Source: the human T2T-CHM13v2.0 reference genome, Homo sapiens. From it: a DNA stretch of 64,000 nucleotides. The stretch is from contig CP086569.2 of NCBI GenBank assembly GCA_009914755.4, forward strand, positions 14,272,001 through 14,336,000. The letters run 5' to 3'. A program made the position numbers and the translations under genes. A model generated the notes under the pieces. The model was not told the origin of the DNA. It did not search any database and saw nothing but the letters and a program-made list of their open reading frames with translations. Shown in pieces: positions 54,960 through 64,000 of the stretch (positions are counted from its first letter, which is position 1; the number at the start of each line of letters is the position of its first letter).

Positions 54960-56640
54960 AAAGACCAGAACTAGAGAATGCCAAAGAGAATATGGGCAAC
55001 ATTAAATAGCTATGGCAATCCTAAGCAAAAAGACAAAGTTGGAGGCATCATGTTACCCAATTTCAAGCTATATTACAGGGATACATTACCCAAAACAGCA
55101 TGGTACTGGTCCAAAAATAGATGTTTAGACCAATGGAACAGAATAGCGAGCCCAGAAATAAAGCCATACACCTATGGCCAACAAACCTTCAAAAAAGCTG
55201 TCAAAAACAAGGGGAAAAGACTCCCTAGTCAATAAATAGTGCAGGGATAACTGGCTAGCCATATGCAGAAGACTAAAACTGAACCCCTTCCTATTTATAG
55301 TTACAAAAGTCATAGATGATTAGACTCTAAATGTAACACACAAAACTATAAAAACCCTGAAAGACAGCTTAGGCAATACTTGGCTAGCCATATGCAGAAA
55401 GCTAAAACTGAACCCCTTCCAGCTTACAGTTACCAAAAGTCAAAGATGATTAAAGACTTTAAATGTAACGCACAAAACTATAAAAACCCTGAAAGACAGC
55501 TTAGGCAACACCATCCCGGACATAGGAATGGGCAAAAATTTCATGATAAATACACCAAAAGTAATCGCAACAAAAGCAAAATGTGACAAGGGGGATCAAA
55601 TTAAAGGTAAGAGCGTCTGCAGAGCAAAACAGAGTAAGCAAACCAAGCATAGTAAATTGACAATCTACAGAATGGAATAAACTATTTTCAAAGTATGCAT
55701 CTGACAAAGGTCTCCATAAGGAACTTAAATTTACAAGACAAAAACAACCCCATTAGAAAGTGGGCAAAGGACATAAAGTAACATTTTTCAAAAGACATAT
55801 ATGCAGCCAACAAGCATAGAGAAAAAAAAGTTCAGTATCACTGATTATTAGAGAAAAGCAAATCAAAATCACAATGAGATACCACCTCACACCAATCAGA
55901 ATGGCTACTATTAAAAAGTCAAAAAATAGCAGGTGCTGGCAAAGTTGCTGAGAAAAGAGAATACTTACACACCCTTGGTGGGAGTGTAAATAAATTAGTT
56001 CAACCATTGTGGAAAGCAGTATAACAATTCCTCAAAGAGCTAAACCCATGCAGAACTACCATTTGATTCAGCAATCCCATTATTGGGTATATACCCCCAG
56101 AGTATATTCTCACTATATTATATAAGTAGTATAAATGATGATTTATAGTATTAATCATTGTACCACAAAGACAAATGCATATGAATGTTCACTGCAGCAC
56201 TATGCACAATAGCAAACACATGGCATGTGAATGTTCACTGCAGCACTATGCACAACAACAAACACATGGAATCAACCTAAATGCCCAGCAATTAAAGAGT
56301 AAATAAAGAAAATGTGGTACATATACACCATGGAACATTAAGCAGCCATAAAAAGGAATAAGATCACGTCTCTTGCAGGAACATGGATGGAGCTGGAAGC
56401 TATTATCCTTACCAAACTAAAACAGGAACAGAAAATCAAATACTGCAAGAGACACTGGGATCTACTTGAGAGTGGAGGGTAGGAGGAGGGAGAGGAGCAG
56501 AAAAGATAACTATTGGGTACCAGGCTTAATACCTGGCTGATAAAATGATCTGAAGAACAAGCCCTAGTGACATGAGTTTACCTATGTAACAAAGTTTCAC
56601 ATGTGCCCCCAAATCTAAAAGTTTTAAAAAGAGAGAAAGA
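54960..56640 (+). mobile_element. L1 3' half (L1PA/L1PB-type), ORF2 C-terminus plus 3' UTR, with internal tandem duplications
   Basis: ...ggcaacattaaatagctatggcaatcctaagcaaaaagacaaagttggaggcatcatgttacccaatttcaagctatattacagggatacattacccaaaacagcatggtactggtccaaaaatagatgtttagaccaatggaacagaatagcgagcccagaaataaagccatacacctatggccaac... (ORF2 ...[34 protein letters not shown]...). A 135-bp tandem duplication is at 55243-55377 and 55378-55512. A 43-bp tandem duplication is at 56182-56268. Confidence 0.8.
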
Positions 56641-57179
56641 GCAACATATCAACTGTGTCTACTATAATTTTTTTTAATAGAAATGCTATTATATTCTACC
56701 TAGGAAACAACAGTAGTTCAATAAGTGTCACTATTTCAACTCTTGATCGATTAATTCATAACATAAAAAGATGTTGGTGTGAGGAATATAAAATATAAAC
56801 AAACAGGAAATATGCATGCTCATAAACAAATGAAAATTATTATAACAACATATTTGTCACAAAATGTCAACCATTTAAATTAGACTTTTGCTTGCCAAAA
56901 TGTTATATGCCTAGAACATTTTCTATTTCTTCCTAATTCATCTTCCAAACTTCTTATTCAAGTATAACTAAAGTATTTTCAAACATCCACTGAGATTTAT
57001 TACAATTTGCTTAATATTTTTCTTAAAAACAGCTCATACTATATACCTTATTTTACAAAAAACTTCAACCCTCGCCATGAGAAATAGAAACTGAGCATAA
57101 GTAGAAGACAGTATGAAAACACAATAAAATGAACACATCAAAATCCAACTAGCTTCATTTGCCTAGAAGTGATTTCAAG

Positions 57180-58800
57180 AAATAATAAAAACAAAGTTCA
57201 ATAAAGAAGGACACTAAAAGACAGGTACTAAAAGACTTCTTGGTTTTCCCAAAAAAACTGAAAGGGGAAAAAAGAATCATTAAAGAGAAGTTGAATAATG
57301 TATATCAATTAAGAAAGATAGTATCTCTGAATGAAAAGTAAAAACAACTGATATAAACTCCGTAATGGCAATATCAATGACACAAGATAAAGCAGGTAAA
57401 ACCATGGAGACTGCTTGGATGAAGAACTAGATCTGTGAGTGTAAGGAAACCAACATAACTAATCAAGAGATCTTGAGACAGAATTCTAAAAAGTAGAGAG
57501 CTACAAAGGCAGCTTCAGAGATCTGAAGTGGTTTAAACTCTTCTTAAGAAAATTACCAATATCAGGGAAAAAGCTATTGAAAGAACCAGAGAGAACAATG
57601 TCTACAAAACCAAGATCCATAACTACTATCATCAAACAGACTGGAAAAATATGCACATAGAGAGCAGTGAATTAAAGATCTCACCTAAGTGTTTGGGAAT
57701 TACCAGTATGAGGACTGAGTACTCTTCAGGACCCATCTCAAAATTCTTAAGATAAAACCAGAAGCAGGACTGCATACAGACATTGGGACTCAAAGAATGA
57801 CAATATGGCAAGTGCCCGTTTTTCCTTGTTGCCTTCTATATGTTACAGACAGGGTATTGCTGAAGGCTCCAACCCAGGCCACTAAAAAAATCCTATTACT
57901 CCTAGCCAAAACACCAGGAAAAGAATGGCATAGAAACTGAAAACTTATCCACAACACTGCCAGAAACCACAGGGTAAAAAAAGTACAGTTGCATTCTCCT
58001 ACACTCCACCACGCACAGACATAATACGGCTGCAATAGGGCTAAAAAGGAAACTGATATTCTTATCCCAATTACCACTAGGAAGCAGACTGCATACCACA
58101 ATTTCCCAGCAGAGCAGTGTCAGCAGAACAAGCCAAAAGCTTATCTTCCATCCTTTGCTGGCAAAGGGAACTGGTACTCCGGATTCTTCTGGAGTATCAA
58201 CAAAGAGATGAGTAAATCTTTCATTCTCTACAAAGTAGAAGCAGATTATGGCACAAAGATTCCACTACAGGGTATTTTAGGCAAGGCCGAACCAAAAGCT
58301 GACGTACTACCCCTTTGTCATTTGAACCAGGCAGTGCTCCAATTTTTCTAACCAGATGGTGTCAGTAAATAATGAAATTGGAGTTAATTGTATATCTCCA
58401 TCTAGTGAAAGTAGGCAGTACTCCATTTCACCCAGCAGGATATTATAAAGAGGGCCCTGTGGAGAGATAAGCTTTATTTATGTGGGAGAAAAGAACAGGG
58501 GCACTGAAGTTATTTGGAAGTTTGCAACCTCTTTTTTTATACCTGTTAGCAAGGCCCAACAGGAAGTTGTGTCACTACATACTACTAGCATCAACCAGGC
58601 AGAATTGGGCAGACCATAGTTGGCATTCTGATTGCCCCAACCTTCCCTTCCATCAGAAGAGCCCAGAAGGGAACTCACCTCAGTTACTACATCCTCATGC
58701 TCTAAAAGATAACAATGTCCAGCTTTCACCTAACCCTAAAGAGAGTATCAACAAACTCCACTAGAAACTTCACTATGCACATTCACCCACTTACACAAGA
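57180..58800 (+). mobile_element. Old L1 5' region (5' UTR and ORF1-like sequence). Low confidence on exact extent.
   Basis: ORF1-like and 5'-UTR-like A-rich sequence with no Alu or LTR signatures (...aaagggaaaaaagaatcattaaagagaagttgaataatgtatatcaattaagaaag...). Assigned by similarity to L1 5' regions recalled from memory. Confidence 0.45.
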
Positions 58801-58831
58801 AGGCCTGCTTTAAAAATATAGAGAGAGAATG

Positions 58832-59515
<684 letters not shown>

Positions 59516-59519
59516 ATAG

Positions 59520-62500
59520 GAAAAGCTAACAAAAAGAAAACTATGTTCCAGACATCAAAGTGAAAAACAAATTCATGAAATTATAGACTATCAAAAGTAA
59601 TATTATTCCAATGTACTTAAAGAAAACCCAGTATTCAGTGGATGAAAAGACAAAAAACAAACAGGGAGAAAGTAGTCACAAACCACATATCCCACGAAGT
59701 ACTAGTAAATAGAATCAATAAAGAACTCTCAAAACTCAGCAGTTTCAAAACAATTCATTAGAATTTAGGCAAAACACAGACACATATACACATTATCAAA
59801 AAATGCACTAAAGAGGCAAATAAGCACATGAAAAGATGTTTAATATCATTAGTCACAAATAAAATGCTAATTAAAACCACATTCTGCAACTGGCAAGGAA
59901 AATCATTGTTTTAGACTGTGCTCTCCTCTCTCCCAAGCAAGCATAAATACTCTCAGAAAACTTCCCCAGAACCACAGTTTCGAAGGTGAGAGGAGGAAAG
60001 TGGATGTAAACATTCTACATCCTCTACCATCTCAGAATCTTCACAGAAAACACACTTTGGTCCTATCCCACAAGAACTACTAGGAATGCCAGAAAGCCTG
60101 ACCCACCTGGAGTGAACTGGGGACAGACAACAGATTGTGGACCACACTGACTGGTGAAAGAATCCTGGTGAATACTTTGAACTACAAACAGAAGGAGAAA
60201 CACATTAAAGAGACCAGTTGGCACCAAGGTACTACAAGGGGCACAATATGCAGTAAGGTCCAAATTTCTGTTGAGATTTTCCACAGGGCCTCGATATCCA
60301 AAGCAGTCTTTCCCTCGTCTGGAAATGAGCAAAAGGTCAGCATTAAGTTCCAGTAACTATTTAAGTCTTCCCCAGAAGGGGAACATAACAGAGTAGCAAT
60401 TTAGTTTTGCAGCAGCATTTAATATTTTGTGTTCACTGTAAGTTCCCCAAACTAGGAACCACCTACCTACAGGGCAATGAGTTTGTTCCTGTCCAATGTT
60501 TTAGTTCTGGTGGTCACTATGAGTCTTCTCCAAAATGGGAAAAGAAAACAGTCCAGTGTTTATTTGCAATACTAAGTAGTAAAGGTCTAAACCACCAAAG
60601 AACACTTGCAAAAACTGGAAGAGGAGGCTATTTCCTCAAAGGTGCAGCATCTACATAAAGTCACAACGATTGCAGAAACTGAAGGAAACAGATACAACCA
60701 AAAGAAACCAACAATGCTCCAGCAATGTACCCAAAAGAAGTGAAGATCTATAAGATGTCAGATGGAGAATTCAGAATAACCCTCCTGAGGTTCAGATAAT
60801 CACAAGAAAACAGAGAAAGAAAAGTAAATGAAACCTGGACAACAAGCCAGGAAAAAAAAATAAGAAAATTGACACGAATAAATAAAAAAACAAACCAAAC
60901 AGAAATACTAAAAATAAAGAATGCAATAACTGAACAGAAAAAAAAATCAGACACTTTCAAAAGCAGACTTTGAAAAATGAAGGAAGAATTACCAAGCATC
61001 AAGAAAGACCATGTGAAATTACACAAAGGTGCAAAAATAGAGGGCTTACAAGAATTATGGGTAATTATCACATAAAAAAAGCCTCCACATAATAAACATT
61101 CCTGAAAGAGACAGGCCTAGGATGTGTATTTAGGAAAATAATTTCATAATGCTAGAGAAACATGGCACCACCAAGTAAAGAAGCTCAGCAGTAACCAAAT
61201 AAATTCGATCCAAAAACAAAATACACAAGGCACATCAATATCGAATTATCAAAACTCAAAACAAAGCAAAATAATACTCGAAGTGAAGGGAAAAAAGAAA
61301 TATCGCATTCAATAGAGCCCCAATATAACTTTAAGCAAATTTCCCAGCAGAAATCCTGCAGGTTTCTGCAGTAGAGTGAGATGCTATACTCAAAGAGCTT
61401 TGAAAACAACTGCCAACCACAAATACTGTATTCAAAAGGTATCTTTCAAACACGAAAGAAAGAAAAGTCTATCCCAGAAAAACAAAAGCTGAGGAAATTC
61501 AAATACCAAAACTGTCTTAAATGCTTAAAAAAAAAAAGTCTTCAACTTGAAAGAAAAGGAGAGTAATGTGTAAAAGAAAATATCTGAAGGTATTCAGCTC
61601 ATTGGCTTAAAAAAAGGACAAATTCAGAAAAGTCGAACACTGTAATTGCGGTAAATAAACCATTTATCTCAGTATGGACACTAAAATGGAATCAAAACTA
61701 TTGAAAACAATGACAGCTACAACAAGTGAAGTGGCGATATTAAAAGATTAAACTGTAATGTCCAAGATTCAAAATGTGGAGGGCAGGAATATTAAACTGT
61801 AGTTTTTGTAACTTGCCATTTCTTTGCAATCACATAAACTGTTAAAATTACCAAATTTTTTCTGTAAACCTCCTGGCAATCACACAGCAAAAAGCTGTAC
61901 ATGGACACTACAATCAATACTGCAAAATCAAAACATTCTACTAGAGAAAAATCACTTAATTACAAAGGAAGACAGTAAGAGAGAAAAACACAAACGATCT
62001 ACAAAACAACCAGGGAACAAATAATAAAATTGCCTCAAGTTAACCTTTGCCTATCAATAAGAATGCTGACTGTTAAGTTTTTTAAATTATCTAATTAAAA
62101 GACATAGTGGCTGAACAGATTTTTTAAAACACTGAACAATATGCTGTCTACAAGAAACTCACTTCACCTATAAAGATACTCACAGACTGAAACAAAAATA
62201 TAAAAAGACACTCCACAAAAATGGAAAACAAGGAGGCAAGAGTAGCTTTACTTATATTAGGTAAAACACACTTAAAGTCAAGAGTGGGAAAGAAATGTAA
62301 AAAAGGACATTACACAATGACAAGGGTAACAATAAAGCAAGAGAATATAACAATTACGAATATATATGCACCCCAAACTGGAGCACTCAGATTTATGCAA
62401 CAAGTATTAACAGACCTAAAGAGAAAGATCGACTGCCACACAATCATGATTTTCAGCAATGGATAGATCATTCAAACAGAAAATAAAGAAACATCACAGG

Positions 62501-62525
62501 TAAACTGCTCTCTAAACCAAACAGA
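59520..62525 (+). mobile_element. L1 fragments in plus orientation: a 3'-region piece at 59520-60000, then an ORF1 through ORF2-endonuclease segment at about 60660-62525
   Basis: ORF1-like sequence runs 60700-61800. The ORF2 N-terminus (ORF 62221-62466) translates MENKEARVALLILGKTHLKSRVGKKCKKGHYTMTRVTIKQENITITNIYAPQTGALRFMQQVLTDLKRKIDCHTIMIFSNG, which resembles the L1 endonuclease region ...KAGVAILVSDKTDFKPTKIKRDKEGHYIMVKGSIQQEELTILNIYAPNTGAPRFIKQVLSDLQRDLDSHTLIMGDFN. Confidence 0.8.
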
Positions 62526-62539
62526 CCTTCTGTAACAGT

Positions 62540-64000
62540 ATATAAGCCTTTCCTTTTTTAACATGTACTTACCAGCATATTTTGCTTTTTGACTTTTTGA
62601 TAATGGCCCTTCTGACTTGGGAAGATGGTATCTTATTGTGGTTTTGATGTGCATTTACCTGATGATTAGTGATGCTGAACATTTTTTCATGTTTCTTGGC
62701 TGCTTACATGTCTTTTTGGAAAATGCCTGTTCATACCCTTTGCCCAAATTTTTATGGGGTTGTATTTTACTTATTGCAATATTTAAGTTCCTTGTAGATC
62801 TCGGGTATTAGCTCATTGTCTGATGCATCGTTTGCAAGTATGTTTTCTCATTCTGTCGGTTGTCTGTTTACTAATTATTTCCTTCGATGTGCAGAAGCTT
62901 TGGATTCTAGTTAAGTCCTGTTTCTCTACGTTTGGTTTTGGTGCATTTGCACTTGCTCATAAATTATTTGTCAGTACAATCTTCAGAAGAGTTTGTCCTA
63001 AGTTTTCTTCTATAATTTTTATAGATACAAGTCTTAGGTTTAGGTCTTTACTTATGTTAATTTTGGTACATGGTGAAAGGTATGGGTACAATTTCACTCC
63101 TCTGTATGTGGCTATCCAATTTTCCCAACACTATTTATTGAATAGGGTGTCATCTTCACAAAGCATACTTTTGTTGACCTTGTCTAATAACAGCTGGTTT
63201 GTAGGTATGTAGTTTTATTCTCGGATTCTTGATTCTGTTCCAGCAACCTAATGTGTCTATTTTTATATAAATACCATGATATTTTGGTTACTGTAGGCTT
63301 AAGGTGTAATTTGAAGTCAGGTAATACGATACCTCCAGCTTTGTTCTTTTTGCTTAGAATTGCTTTGGCTATTTAGGCTTGTTTGATTTCATAATGAATT
63401 TTAAGACTGTTTCTCATTCTGTGAAAAAATAACATGGATAATCTGATAGGGATTGTGTTGAATCTGAAGCCTACTTTGGGCAGTTAGTCATTTTAACAAT
63501 ATTTATTCTTCTAATGCAGGATCATGGGATGTTCTTCCACTTGTTTGTGTCATCTTCTTTCACCAGCATTTCATAGTTCTCCTTACAGAGATCTTTCACC
63601 TCGTTGGTTAAATATATTCCTATATATTTTTTTGTAGCTATTGCAAATGGCAATGCCTTCTTGATTTGATCCTTGGCTAGATCACTACTGTTACACAGAA
63701 ATGCTACTGAATTTTGTTTATTAATTCTGTATCCTGCAACTTTATTGAATGCATTTATCAAATCTAAGAGTTTTTAATTTTCAGAATTTTCTGTACATAA
63801 GAGCGTATCACCAGCAAATCAGGATAATTTCACTTCCTCTTTTCCAATTTGTATATCTTTATTTCTTTTTCTCTTGCATGACTGCTCTGGCACAGACTTC
63901 CAGAACTATTTTAAATAACAGTAGTGAAAGTTGGATCTTTGGTTTGGCCAAACTCCTGGGGAAATGCTTTCAATTCTTTCTCAATAAGTAGGATGTTGGC
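62540..64000 (-). mobile_element. L1 ORF2 (RT to C-terminus) in minus orientation, directly abutting the plus-oriented L1
   Basis: The reverse complement of the ORF2 3' region: ...ccttctgacttgggaagatggtatcttattgtggttttgatgtgcatttacctgatgattagtgatgctgaacattttttcatgtttcttggctgcttacatgtctttttggaaaatgcctgttcataccctttgcccaaatttttatggggttgtattttacttattgc... and ...tgattctgttccagcaacctaatgtgtctatttttatataaataccatgatattttggttactgtaggcttaaggtgtaatttgaagtcaggtaatacgatacctccagctttgttctttttgcttagaattgctttggctatt.... Confidence 0.85.

Noticed and set aside
60660-64000. L1 twin-priming (5'-inversion) structure
   Set aside because: The junction joins the two 3'-proximal (high L1-coordinate) ends, whereas twin priming joins 5'-proximal ends. 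Independent insertions or a rearrangement are more likely.

Overview
This window is primate, almost certainly human, nuclear DNA, not prokaryotic. It is AT-rich and dense with repeats: at least 35 Alu copies, many nested L1 fragments of several ages, MaLR LTRs (THE1/MST and MLT1), Tigger-like DNA-transposon remnants and several microsatellites. The one genic signal is six consecutive small coding exons on the minus strand, each with a canonical AG acceptor, GT donor and consistent phase. Their conceptual translation reads contiguously as the TPR region of the histone demethylase pair KDM6A/UTY: [20 protein letters not shown] / [40 protein letters not shown] / [18 protein letters not shown] / IQFHIAHLYETQ / [32 protein letters not shown] / [42 protein letters not shown]. 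From memory, the paralog-specific residues ([31 protein letters not shown]) match the Y-linked copy UTY rather than X-linked KDM6A. Everything else lies in large introns full of transposable elements. Notable items are a 1.2-kb GC/CpG-enriched block that looks like an ERV LTR, young Alu and L1 insertions with visible target-site duplications, a compound (GT)n(TA)n microsatellite, and several local duplications. I see no evidence of a novel biological system. The long ORFs in the six-frame track are Alu- or L1-derived or GC-composition artefacts. All coordinates for repeats are approximate (about +/-10 bp) because they were read by eye; the exon boundaries were checked base by base.
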